In this document: positions 30,137 to 39,310 of the stretch, in pieces
Layout: every line of letters begins with the position of its first letter
Position numbering within the stretch: the stretch's first letter is position 1
From: Actinomycetota bacterium
Lineage (GTDB): Bacteria > Actinomycetota > JAICYB01
Assembly: GCA_035640475.1 (NCBI GenBank)
Contig: DASQWC010000023.1
Location: 4,186-68,185 of the forward strand
Reading direction: 5' to 3'
DNA: 64,000 nt
Program-made: the position numbers and the translations under genes
Notes under the pieces: model-generated
What the model was told of the DNA's origin: nothing
Seen by the model: the letters and a program-made list of their open reading frames with translations, nothing else
Database searches by the model: none

Positions 30137-31152
30137 GCGTCGGGAGAGAGAAGCTCGCCAAGCTCGGCATCGAGCTGCCGATGCTGCCGATCACGGCGGT
30201 GGGCAGCTACGCGAAGCCGGAGAGCCTGCTCAAGGCGCGGACCAAGTTCTCGCGCGGCGACATCTCGCGTGACGAGCTGCGCAAGCACGAGGAAGAAGCC
30301 ACCGCGATGTGGATGGGCTTCCAGAACGAGATCGGCGTCGACGTCCCCGTGGACGGCGAGATGTACCGCGGCGACATGGTCGCCTTTTTTGCCGACGAGA
30401 TGGACGGCTTCGAGCGCGGCGGGCTCGTCCGCTCTTACGGCAACCGCTTCTACCCAAAGCCGATCATCACGAGCGAGGTCCGGTGGCGCGGGCCGATGAC
30501 CATCGACTGGTGGCGGTTCTCACAGTCGCTCACCGACAAGCCGGTCAAGGGCATGTTTACCGGCGGTTACACGGTTATGGACTGGTCGTTCAACGAGTTC
30601 TACCCCGACCGCAAGGCCACCGCGCTCGCGCTCGCGCGTGAGTTCCGCAAGGAGGTCGAGGCACTCGTCGAGGCGGGCTGCAAGATCATCCAGGTCGACG
30701 AACCGGCCGTCTCGGTCCGCGCCGATGAGATCGACATCGCGCTCGAAGCGATGCAGATCACCTGCGAAGGCATCGACGCGTACTTCATCACCCATGCGCT
30801 CGAGTACGGCTATCCCGAGACCGTCTTCCCGGACGTCCTCGGCCTGGCCGTCGACAACTTCGACATGGAGTTCGCGAACTCCGACTTCAGCTTCCTCCAA
30901 GGCCTGCGCGACTTCGGCTTCGACAAGGACCTGTCCCTCGGGGTCGTGGACGTTCACACGCACGTGATCGATGCGGTGGACGACGTCGAAGCACGCATCC
31001 GCAAAGCGATCGACCTGCTCCCGATCGACACCATCTGGCCGGATCCGGATTGCGGCCTGAAGACCCGCACGGTCGAAGAGGCGCAGGGCAAGATGCGCGC
31101 GATCGCCGAGGCGACGAAGCGCGTGCGCTCCTCGCTCCCGTCGCGTGTCTGA
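30133..31152 (+). CDS. MetE C-terminal-domain-like (cobalamin-independent methionine synthase family) protein
   Basis: AVGSYAKPE, DGEMYRGDMVAFF, FTGGYT, IIQVDEPAV, THALEY (where MetE has THMCY), DMEFANSD and PDPDCGLKTR. ATGA overlap with the preceding gene. Confidence 0.7.
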   Translation: MSVGREKLAKLGIELPMLPITAVGSYAKPESLLKARTKFSRGDISRDELRKHEEEATAMWMGFQNEIGVDVPVDGEMYRGDMVAFFADEMDGFERGGLVRSYGNRFYPKPIITSEVRWRGPMTIDWWRFSQSLTDKPVKGMFTGGYTVMDWSFNEFYPDRKATALALAREFRKEVEALVEAGCKIIQVDEPAVSVRADEIDIALEAMQITCEGIDAYFITHALEYGYPETVFPDVLGLAVDNFDMEFANSDFSFLQGLRDFGFDKDLSLGVVDVHTHVIDAVDDVEARIRKAIDLLPIDTIWPDPDCGLKTRTVEEAQGKMRAIAEATKRVRSSLPSRV

Positions 31153-31900
31153 CCGTCCGCTCGACGGTCTCGTCGCGATCGTCACCGGGTCGTCCCGCGG
31201 CATGGGACGCGGCACGGCCGCCCATCTGGGCTCCCTGGGCGCGAAGGTCGCCGTCTGCTACGTCCGGAACAAGGACATGGCCGAAGAGCTCGCCGATCAG
31301 ATCCGCTCCGGCGGCGGCGAAGCAGACGCGTTCGGAGCCGACCTCACAACCGAGGATGGCGCGACCTCGCTCATCTCGTCGGTTGTCGATCGCTTCGGCG
31401 GCCTCGACATCCTCGTATGCAACGTCGGCGGCTTTCTGCGAAAGCCGTTCGAGGAGACGACAGTCGACGAGTGGCGCGACCAGTTCGCGCAGAACACCGA
31501 CACGATGTTCTTCTGCATACGTGCCGCGCTTCCGCACATGAAGACGAAAGGGTCTGGACGCATCGTGAACTTCGCCGCCGCGGGCGCCGAGTTCCCGTCG
31601 CGGCAGTCGAACTTCGCTGCGTACGCGGCGGCGAAGGCAGCAGTCGTGGGCTTCTCGCGAGCACTCGCGCGGGAGCTCGGCCCGGAGCACATCACCGTCA
31701 ACGTCATCGCGCCGGGCATCGTCTCCGACAACGCCCCGACGCGCGACGAGGCGCGCGCCATCGGGTTCGTGAAGCACACGCCGGTCGGGCGGGTCGGCGC
31801 CGCGCAAGATGTCGCCGAAGCGGTCGCGTTTCTCGTCCGGCCGGAGGCCGACTACATCACCGGCGCGGTCCTCGAGGTCGGCGGAGGATGGCGGGTCTAA
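31145..31900 (+). CDS. SDR family oxidoreductase (FabG-like)
   Basis: TGSSRGMGRG cofactor motif, NFAAAG, and YAAAKAA (YxxxK). Overlaps the upstream gene by 8 nt. Confidence 0.85.
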   Translation: MSDRPLDGLVAIVTGSSRGMGRGTAAHLGSLGAKVAVCYVRNKDMAEELADQIRSGGGEADAFGADLTTEDGATSLISSVVDRFGGLDILVCNVGGFLRKPFEETTVDEWRDQFAQNTDTMFFCIRAALPHMKTKGSGRIVNFAAAGAEFPSRQSNFAAYAAAKAAVVGFSRALARELGPEHITVNVIAPGIVSDNAPTRDEARAIGFVKHTPVGRVGAAQDVAEAVAFLVRPEADYITGAVLEVGGGWRV

Positions 31901-32754
31901 GCGTCGGTTTCGTGGGTCTCGGCACGATGGGCGCGCCGATGGCTCGCAATCTCGTTCATGCCGGGTTCGACGTCACGGTGCACAACCGGACACGCTCTCG
32001 AGAAGAAGGCTTCCCGCAGCGCGCGTCGTCCCCGGCCGAAGCCGCGAGCTCGGCCGACGTGGTCGTCACGATGGTGTCGGACACACCGGACGTCCAGGAC
32101 GTGCTCTTCGGCCCGGACGGCGTGGCCGAAGGAGCGCGCCCGGGAACCGTTGTCGTCGACATGTCCACGATCGCGCCGGACGCTACGAGGACATTCGGGG
32201 AACGACTTGCCGAGCGCGACGTTCGTTTCGTCGACGCTCCGGTCTCCGGCGGCTCGGAGGGAGCGGAGAAGGCAACGCTCACGATCATGTGCGGCGGCGA
32301 GCCGGACGACGTCGCGCGCGTCCGGCCGGTGCTCGATGCCATGGGGGCCAAGGTCACGCACGTCGGCCCGATCGGATCGGGCCAGCTGACGAAGGCCGTC
32401 AACCAGATCGTGATCGCCGGCTACTTCCTCGCGCTCGCCGAGGGTCTGATCTTCGGTATGAAGGCCGGGCTCGACATGGACAAGGTGCTCGATGCGATCT
32501 CCGCCGGCATGTGCCGGTCGGCCGTCCTCGATATGCGAGCGGCAAACATGCTCAACGACACCTATCCCCTCGGCTTCAAGCTCTCCCTCCACCTGAAAGA
32601 TCTCGGGATCGCGCTCGATGCGGCGAAGGCGTTGGGTGTCGAGCTCGACCTGGCCGGGATGGTCAGAGATATCGAGCAGCGCCTGGTCGCCGAGCGCGGC
32701 GGCGAGGATTTGTCCGTCCTGGCGTCCGACGTCCGCCGCCGCGCAGGACTCTAG
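31888..32754 (+). CDS. NAD(P)-dependent oxidoreductase, 3-hydroxyisobutyrate/tartronate-semialdehyde reductase family
   Basis: VGFVGLGTMGAPMARNL, DAPVSGGSEGAEKATLTIMCGG and QLTKAVNQ. The ATG at 31888 follows GGAGG and overlaps the SDR gene by 13 nt. Confidence 0.85.
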   Translation: MAGLSVGFVGLGTMGAPMARNLVHAGFDVTVHNRTRSREEGFPQRASSPAEAASSADVVVTMVSDTPDVQDVLFGPDGVAEGARPGTVVVDMSTIAPDATRTFGERLAERDVRFVDAPVSGGSEGAEKATLTIMCGGEPDDVARVRPVLDAMGAKVTHVGPIGSGQLTKAVNQIVIAGYFLALAEGLIFGMKAGLDMDKVLDAISAGMCRSAVLDMRAANMLNDTYPLGFKLSLHLKDLGIALDAAKALGVELDLAGMVRDIEQRLVAERGGEDLSVLASDVRRRAGL

Positions 32755-33777
32755 ATGCTTCCCACAAGCGCCGAAGCAATGGAAGCCGCCGCGCGCGAGC
32801 GGATGTCGGCGGTCGCGTTCGCCTTCTACGCGTCCGGGTCGTTCGCCGAGACGAGCGTCGTGGAGAACGTCACCGCGTGGTCGAAGTGGCATGTACGTCC
32901 ACGCATGGGAATCGATGTCCGCCGGATCGACATCGGGACGACGATCCTCGGCACCCGGATCGAGCTTCCCGTCTTCCTCGCGCCGTGCGGCTTCAACCGG
33001 CTCGCACACGACGACGGAGAGTTCGGCGTTGCGCGAGCATGCGCCGCCGAAGGGACGGTGCAGGTGCTCTCATCTGCATCGGCAATTGCGCCCGAAGAAG
33101 TGGCCAGGGTCAGCGACGCACCGAAGTGGTTCCAGCTCTACGCAGACAACGACGAGGCGATCACCGACGAGCGCGTCGCCCGCGCCGAGGCCGCCGGCTT
33201 TCAGGCCGTCGTCATCACCGTCGACACGCCGGCACTCGCGATCCGCTACCAGGGCATCGGCGATTTCGAAGTATTCGTGCAGGAGCTCACGAACAAGCAG
33301 ATCGTGGCTCCCATCCTGACCTTCTGCGAACGGCTCGAGTGGACCGAGATCGAACGGATCGCGTCGACGACGAAGCTGCCGGTCGTTCTGAAAGGCATCC
33401 TGCATCCGGACGACGCCAAGCGCGCCCCCGACCACGGCGCGGGAGCGATCATCGTCTCGAACCACGGCGGGCGCCAGATGGACGGCTCGATCCCACCTGC
33501 GCTCGCTCTGCCGGACGTTGTCGAGGCGGTCGGCGGTCGCACCGAGGTGTACGTCGACGGCGGCGTGCGCACGGGCGTGGACGTCCTGCGGGCGCTCGCC
33601 TTGGGAGCGCGCGCCGTGCTCATCGGCCGCCCCTACCTCTGGGCCCTGGCGATCGACGGCGAGGCGGGTGTGCGCGAACTCATTGCGCGCTTCAAGAACG
33701 AAGTGCGCAGCGCGATGGCGCTCGCGGGGCAGACCGATGCAACGTCGGTCGACCCGAGCATCGTCGTCCGTGCGTAG
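32755..33777 (+). CDS. FMN-dependent alpha-hydroxy acid oxidase/dehydrogenase (LldD/glycolate oxidase family)
   Basis: WFQLY, ITVDTP, VLKGILHPDDA, IIVSNHGGRQMDG and DGGVRTGVDVLRALALGA. Starts directly after the preceding stop. Confidence 0.85.
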   Translation: MLPTSAEAMEAAARERMSAVAFAFYASGSFAETSVVENVTAWSKWHVRPRMGIDVRRIDIGTTILGTRIELPVFLAPCGFNRLAHDDGEFGVARACAAEGTVQVLSSASAIAPEEVARVSDAPKWFQLYADNDEAITDERVARAEAAGFQAVVITVDTPALAIRYQGIGDFEVFVQELTNKQIVAPILTFCERLEWTEIERIASTTKLPVVLKGILHPDDAKRAPDHGAGAIIVSNHGGRQMDGSIPPALALPDVVEAVGGRTEVYVDGGVRTGVDVLRALALGARAVLIGRPYLWALAIDGEAGVRELIARFKNEVRSAMALAGQTDATSVDPSIVVRA

Positions 33778-33780
33778 CTG

Positions 33781-34812
33781 CTAGCCGGCGAGCTCCGCCA
33801 TCAGCTCGAAGGTGGCGCGGTTCCCGCCGCCGAGAAGCATGACCGTGCATGGGCTCTCCTGCCACGCCGCGAAACGGTCGCGGATGCGCTCGCGCGGCCC
33901 GACGAGCGAGATCGCATCGGCCAGCTCGTCCGGGACCGCGGCCATCGCTTCGGCCTTCTTGCCGTCCAGATAGAGGTCCTGGATCTCCTTGGCCGCGGCT
34001 TCGAATCCGTAGCGGCATGCGAGGTCGTTGTAGAAGTTGCGTCCGCGTGCGCCCATCCCGCCGATGTAGAGCGCAAGCATCGGCTTCACGAATCCGAGCG
34101 CGCCCTGAACGTCGTGGGTCTCGATGACGGCGCACGTCGCGACGAGATCGAACTCCGACGACGGCCGAAGGTCCGACGAGCGTCGCGCGAACCCTTCGTT
34201 CATCGGCTCTGTGAACACATCCGAGCGGTACGGATTGAAGAAGGCCGGGATGAAGCCGTCGGAGATCTCGGCGGACAGCGCAATGTTCTTCGGACCGATT
34301 GCGGCAATGATGATCGGGATGTCCGGCCGCGGGTGAAGGATCGACTTCAGCGGCTTGCCGAGCCCGGTTGCCTTCGGTCCGGCGTAGGGAATCTGGTAGT
34401 GCTCGCCGGAGAACTCGAGCGGCTTCTCGCGTCTCCAGATCGCGCGCAGGATCTCGACGTACTCACGAGTCTTGAGCAGCGGCTTACCGTACGGCTGGCC
34501 GTGCCACCCTTCGACGACCTGGGGGCCGGACAGACCGAGGCCGCAGATGAACCGACCGCCGGTCAGCGCGTCGATTGTGGCCGCGGTCATGGCCGTCATC
34601 GCCGGCGTCCGGGCCGGCATCTGCATGATGCCGGTGGCCAGCTTCACCTTCGACGTATGTGCGCCCATCCACACGAGCGGCGAGATCGCGTCGGAGCCGT
34701 ACGCCTCGGCCGTCCAAATCGAGTGAAAGTCCAGCTCGTCGGCCAGTTTCGCCGACGCGACGTGGTCCTCCATGCCTGCGCCCGAGTACCCCACCTGCAT
34801 CCCAAGCTTCAT
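33781..34812 (-). CDS. LLM-class F420-dependent oxidoreductase
   Basis: MKLGMQVGYSG N-terminus, SIWTAEAYGSDA, GGRFICGLGLSGPQVVEGWHG. SD AAGGGGGA precedes the ATG at 34812. Confidence 0.8.
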   Translation of the reverse strand: MKLGMQVGYSGAGMEDHVASAKLADELDFHSIWTAEAYGSDAISPLVWMGAHTSKVKLATGIMQMPARTPAMTAMTAATIDALTGGRFICGLGLSGPQVVEGWHGQPYGKPLLKTREYVEILRAIWRREKPLEFSGEHYQIPYAGPKATGLGKPLKSILHPRPDIPIIIAAIGPKNIALSAEISDGFIPAFFNPYRSDVFTEPMNEGFARRSSDLRPSSEFDLVATCAVIETHDVQGALGFVKPMLALYIGGMGARGRNFYNDLACRYGFEAAAKEIQDLYLDGKKAEAMAAVPDELADAISLVGPRERIRDRFAAWQESPCTVMLLGGGNRATFELMAELAG

Positions 34813-34890
34813 GGGTCCCCCTTTGTAAATTCGAGCTCCAAGCATCCGTTCTTTGGGGTCGATTGGGCAAAGTGCGGTAGCCTGCCATGA

Positions 34891-35739
34891 ATGCGGCGGA
34901 CCCTCCTCTTCTTAAGTAGCTTCGTCCTCGCCGTCATCGCATTGCCCAACGCCGGCGGGCAAACCTCCGTCGAGACCGAGCTCCTCGGACTCATCAACGA
35001 CGCGCGTGAGAACAAGGTGACCATGCACTCCGGCTTGCGCATCGTCGCGAGGGAGCACTCGCGCGAGATGTCCGATGACAACGAGCTCGGCCACCACGGC
35101 GCCGAGGACCGCATCGCCCGTGCGCAGCCGGATCCGAGCGAGCCGAACGGCGCACCGGACGACGGATTCACCGGAACCTGGTGCGAGAACGTGGCCTACG
35201 TGCGCGGAGCGCCGGAGCACGAGGTCGCGCAGCGGATCTTCGAGGGATGGACGAATTCCGCCAGTCACTACCGGTGCATGCACAACGAGGAGATCAACAC
35301 GGCGGGGGTCGGGCTGTACTTCGACGGCGACAGAACGTACTGGGCGACCTACGAGTCGGCCGTCGACCGGACCGCACCGGGATCTGCCAGGGTCACACCG
35401 TCCCCGACACCGACGCCGAGCGCAGCGCCGATTGTGCCGACGCTGCGCAGGGAATCCCCGGAGCCGTCCCAGACGCCGGAGCCGTCCGAATCTCCGACAC
35501 AAACCCCGGAGGAAGACCTTTCCGCATCACCCGAGCCGACGACATCGGCGACTCCGGACGTCCTGGTTCGGGGCACGACGAGCGGAACACCACAAGTCCT
35601 CCCCGCGCCGGTCGTTCCATCGGCGACGAAGGCGACCTTCGGCTGGGGTCAGCTCGGACTGACGCTGGGCGCCATCGGCGCGCTTGCCGAGGCCTTACGA
35701 CGACTCACTCGACGAAGCGACCAAAGTGAAACGAGCTGA
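34891..35739 (+). CDS. CAP (SCP/PR-1-like) domain surface protein with Pro/Thr/Ser-rich stalk and C-terminal TM
   Basis: Signal peptide, then CAP motifs (LINDARE ... AREHSREM ... GHHG ... WTNSASHYRCM ... GVGLYF), then TPSPTPTPSAAP...PEPSQTPEPSESPTQTPEE, then a hydrophobic C-terminus. Confidence 0.75.
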   Translation: MRRTLLFLSSFVLAVIALPNAGGQTSVETELLGLINDARENKVTMHSGLRIVAREHSREMSDDNELGHHGAEDRIARAQPDPSEPNGAPDDGFTGTWCENVAYVRGAPEHEVAQRIFEGWTNSASHYRCMHNEEINTAGVGLYFDGDRTYWATYESAVDRTAPGSARVTPSPTPTPSAAPIVPTLRRESPEPSQTPEPSESPTQTPEEDLSASPEPTTSATPDVLVRGTTSGTPQVLPAPVVPSATKATFGWGQLGLTLGAIGALAEALRRLTRRSDQSETS

Positions 35740-36133
35740 TCGCGTAACCCTCGCGGAAGTAGAAGCGATGGGCCCCCTCGCGATCGACGTGTGAGTCGAG
35801 CGTCACCGCTGCACAGCCTTCGGCACGGGCACGCTCGATCAGGTACTCGTTGAGCGCTTTGCCGTAGCCCTTCGAGCGCCACGCGTTCGTTGTGACCAGA
35901 TCGTCGATATACAGCACCTTTCCCCGGACGAAGTTCACGAGGACCCGGTAGCCGGCCACAGCCCGGCACTCGTCGCCGTCGTACAGCGCCGCAATCCGGT
36001 AGCCATCCGGGAAGCCGAGCGCGTACCGGGTGCGGAACTCTTCGGGCGTCAGCTCCGTCCGAAGCTCGTGCAGAACGGGATAGACGTCATCGAGCCGGGC
36101 GTCGGATGGACCGACTTCAACGATCTGGCTCAA
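35705..36133 (-). CDS. GNAT family N-acetyltransferase
   Basis: AVAGYRVLVNFVRGKVLYIDDLVTTNAWRSKGYGKALNEYLIERARAEGCAAVTLDS (acetyl-CoA motif A). In-frame TTG at 36133. The rest of track ORF 35705..36640 is junk overlapping the cupredoxin gene. Confidence 0.8.
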   Translation of the reverse strand: MSQIVEVGPSDARLDDVYPVLHELRTELTPEEFRTRYALGFPDGYRIAALYDGDECRAVAGYRVLVNFVRGKVLYIDDLVTTNAWRSKGYGKALNEYLIERARAEGCAAVTLDSHVDREGAHRFYFREGYAISSFHFGRFVE

Positions 36134-36144
36134 CGCGGCATGTG

Positions 36145-36564
36145 CTAATGCGGCATGAACGCGCCGCTCATCCCCTGGTCGCGGTGGAAGCGGCAGTAGA
36201 ACTCGTAGCGAGTCTCCGTCCCGATTTCGACGGTGATCGTCTTCGTCGCGTCGGGTTCGAGCTCCTCGTCGATGTTCAGCGCGTCGACGGTGAATGTGTG
36301 CGGCACAGATCCTTCGTTGTGGAGCTCGAGGGTAGCCTTCGCGTCTCCGGGCGATTTGATGAACGTCGGCTCGAAATAGAAGTTGTCGAGCTCGAGCTCC
36401 GCCTCGAACTCCTGCTCGGTGAACGTCTTCGTCCCGTGGTCGTTGACGGCCGCCGAGCTCGTCTCTTCCGGAGGAGGGGACCCTTCGAGCGTCGGGGACT
36501 CGTTTTGCGCGCACGCAGGTACGGCCAACGCAACAGCAGCAAGAACGATCGGTAGTTTTCTCAT
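36145..36564 (-). CDS. cupredoxin (plastocyanin/azurin-like type-1 copper) lipoprotein
   Basis: Lipobox LAVPAC. Type-1 Cu ligands: H in VPHTFTV, and C-x2-H-x4-M in YCRFHRDQGM. Confidence 0.8.
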   Translation of the reverse strand: MRKLPIVLAAVALAVPACAQNESPTLEGSPPPEETSSAAVNDHGTKTFTEQEFEAELELDNFYFEPTFIKSPGDAKATLELHNEGSVPHTFTVDALNIDEELEPDATKTITVEIGTETRYEFYCRFHRDQGMSGAFMPH

Positions 36565-36638
36565 CTCTCGAATGTACCCACGATTGGCTACTCCAAGCAT
36601 CCACTGCATACGCTCGCAAACTCTGGAGGAAGGACGAC

Positions 36639-38051
36639 ATGACCGAGCCGATCTGGAAACGGGACGCCTACGAGATCGCCGACTCGATCCGCGCCGGCGA
36701 CGTCTCATCGAAGGAAGTCGTGGAGACCTTCTTGGAGCGGATCGACGCGCACAACGAGGAGCTCAATGCCTTCGTGCACCTCGACCATGAGCGAGCTCGC
36801 AACGAAGCCGCGGAGATCGACCGCAGCATCGCCGCCGGCGGGGATCCCGGCCCCCTGGCCGGCGTCCCGATCGGGATCAAGGACCTGGAGAACGTCGAAG
36901 GCATGCCGACGAGGCTCGGGTCGGTTCCGTACAAGGACGTCGTGGCCGACCACGACAACGTCCAAACGGCACGCTTGCGCGCCGCCGGCGCGGTCGTCGT
37001 CGGCAAGACGGCAACTCCCGAGTTCGGGTCCACCGCGTTCACACGAACGTTCCTGCACGGAACGACGCGCAACCCTTGGAATCTCGAACGAACACCCGGC
37101 GGGTCGTCCGGAGGCTCGGCGGCGGCGGTGGCCGCGGCCATCATCCCGATCGCGTCGGCGTCGGACGGCGGCGGCTCCATTCGTATCCCGGCCTCCTACA
37201 CGGGGCTCTTCGGCGCCAAAGGAACATACGGGCGAATCCCCAAGGTCGACGGACCGGAATCGTCCTTTACGAGCGTGCTCGGTTGCGTCTCGCGCTGCGT
37301 GCGCGACACCGCGAGATATTGGGACGTCGTGGTCGGCTCGGACGAACGCGATGCCTATTCGCTCCCGCACCCCGGGCTCAGCTACGAAGCAGTCCTCAAT
37401 GAGACGCCGTCGGGACTCCGCGCCGCCTGGTCGGCCGATCTCGGTTACCACGCGTGCCGGTCCGACATTGCGAAGGTCACCGAAACAGCTGCCGATGCGC
37501 TCGTGGGTGCGATCGGCGCGCGCTGGGTCGACCGTCCCGTCGAGCTGAAGAACATGTCGGTCGCATGGGGACTCTTCGGCTACCCGGGAACCTGGGTAGA
37601 AGTTCGCGACTTTTGGCCGGACCGAGCGGAAGACTTTACGCCGACCATCCGCGCCGCCGTCCGGGATGCGGAGGAGCGCTTCAACCACATCGAGCTCGCG
37701 CGCGCGATCCAACGGCGTCACGAGAACAACCGGCGCCTGGCCGAGCTGTTCACCGACGTCGACATCCTCTTCACGCCGACGACGGGGACGACCGCGTTCC
37801 GGGCCGAGGGCCCGATGCCCACCGACGTCGAGGGACGGAAGATCAAGCCGATGCAGTCGATCTTCACGTATCCCTTCAACATCTCCGGGCACCCGGCCGT
37901 CAGCGTGCCGTGTGGCTTCGATGCCGACGGCTTGCCGGTGGCGCTGCAGATCGTCGCGCGCCGCCACGAAGATCACGTCGCGCTCCAGCTCGCGGCGGCG
38001 TTCGAGCAAACGCAGCCGTGGACGAAGATCGCCACCGCCTACGACCCGTGA
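36639..38051 (+). CDS. amidase (amidase-signature family)
   Basis: AS motif GGSSGGSAAAVAA ... ASDGGGSIRIPA, and KD in GVPIGIKDL. Confidence 0.9.
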   Translation: MTEPIWKRDAYEIADSIRAGDVSSKEVVETFLERIDAHNEELNAFVHLDHERARNEAAEIDRSIAAGGDPGPLAGVPIGIKDLENVEGMPTRLGSVPYKDVVADHDNVQTARLRAAGAVVVGKTATPEFGSTAFTRTFLHGTTRNPWNLERTPGGSSGGSAAAVAAAIIPIASASDGGGSIRIPASYTGLFGAKGTYGRIPKVDGPESSFTSVLGCVSRCVRDTARYWDVVVGSDERDAYSLPHPGLSYEAVLNETPSGLRAAWSADLGYHACRSDIAKVTETAADALVGAIGARWVDRPVELKNMSVAWGLFGYPGTWVEVRDFWPDRAEDFTPTIRAAVRDAEERFNHIELARAIQRRHENNRRLAELFTDVDILFTPTTGTTAFRAEGPMPTDVEGRKIKPMQSIFTYPFNISGHPAVSVPCGFDADGLPVALQIVARRHEDHVALQLAAAFEQTQPWTKIATAYDP

Positions 38052-39310
38052 CCATCGAGTTCCCGAAAGGGTTCCTCTGGGGCACGGCCGCGTGTGCGCA
38101 TCAGGTCGAAGGCGGCAACTGGAACAACGATTGGTGGGCGTGGGAGCACGATCTCCGATCGCCGTGCGCCGACGTCTCCGGCGACTGCTGCGATCACTAC
38201 AACCGTTACGAAGAGGACTTCGCGCTCTTGGCGTCGCTCGGGCACAACGCGCACCGGTTCGGCATCGAGTGGGCGCGCATCGAGCCCGAGCCCGGTGAGA
38301 TCTCAAACGCTGCGCTGGATCACTACGCTCGCGTGCTGGACTCCTTGCACGCCAACGGTCTGACACCGTTCGCGACCCTGCATCACTTCTCCTCCCCGCG
38401 CTGGCTCGCCGCCGAAGGCGGCTGGGCATCCGGCGGCGTCGTCGACCGCTTCCGCCGGTACGCCGACGTCGTCGCGAAACGCCTCGGGGAGCGGATCCCG
38501 TTCGTCTGCACCATCAACGAGCCGCACATCGTCGCGATCGTCGGCTACCAGGGAACGGCCTTCCCGCCCGGGGCCGGCGACACCGCGTTGTACCCGGCCG
38601 TCACGCGCAACTTCATCCGCGCGCATGCGGCCGCCGCCGAGTCGTTCAAGCAGCACGCGCCGGATGCCCAGGTCGGCCTCGTCCTCGCGACGAGCCATTA
38701 CGAAGCCGTCGACGAGGCGTCACAAGCCGTGCGCGACCGCATCCACCACCGGACGACCGGTGTGTACCACCAAGCCTTGCGGGACGGCGTGATCCGTGGG
38801 TTCGGCGACGACGAAGAGGTCGTGGGTCTGCGCGGCGCGACCGATTTCGTCGGCGTGAACTACTACTCACGCACGCGTATCGACGTGTCGGCGCCCGCGA
38901 ACACGGCCGACGTTCCGCCGGACGCCGAGGTCACGCAAATGGGCTACGAGGTCGTCCCGCATTGCTTCCCGCCGGTGCTGCACGAAGCGCATCGTGCAAC
39001 CGGGCTTCCTGTGTACGTCACGGAGAACGGCATCGGGACCGACGACGACCGCCAGCGCGTCCGGTTCCTCGCCACGCACCTTGCCGCCATGAAGCAGGCG
39101 ATCGACGAAGGTGCCGACGTACGCGGGTACCTGCACTGGTCGTCGACGGACAACTTCGAGTGGGCGTTCGGCTACGAGCGGACGTTCGGTCTCATCGCTT
39201 GCGACCGCGAGACGTTCGTCCGGACCCCGAAACCCTCCGCGTACTACTTCGAGGAGATCGCGCGCGCGAACGCGCTCGACTCGGCGACGACCGAGAAGTA
39301 CCTGAGCTGA
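38048..39310 (+). CDS. GH1 family beta-glucosidase
   Basis: FPKGFLWGTAACAHQVEGG, acid/base TINEP, nucleophile YVTENG, and WSSTDNFEW. The GTG at 38048 overlaps the amidase stop (GTGA). Confidence 0.9.
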   Translation: MTIEFPKGFLWGTAACAHQVEGGNWNNDWWAWEHDLRSPCADVSGDCCDHYNRYEEDFALLASLGHNAHRFGIEWARIEPEPGEISNAALDHYARVLDSLHANGLTPFATLHHFSSPRWLAAEGGWASGGVVDRFRRYADVVAKRLGERIPFVCTINEPHIVAIVGYQGTAFPPGAGDTALYPAVTRNFIRAHAAAAESFKQHAPDAQVGLVLATSHYEAVDEASQAVRDRIHHRTTGVYHQALRDGVIRGFGDDEEVVGLRGATDFVGVNYYSRTRIDVSAPANTADVPPDAEVTQMGYEVVPHCFPPVLHEAHRATGLPVYVTENGIGTDDDRQRVRFLATHLAAMKQAIDEGADVRGYLHWSSTDNFEWAFGYERTFGLIACDRETFVRTPKPSAYYFEEIARANALDSATTEKYLS

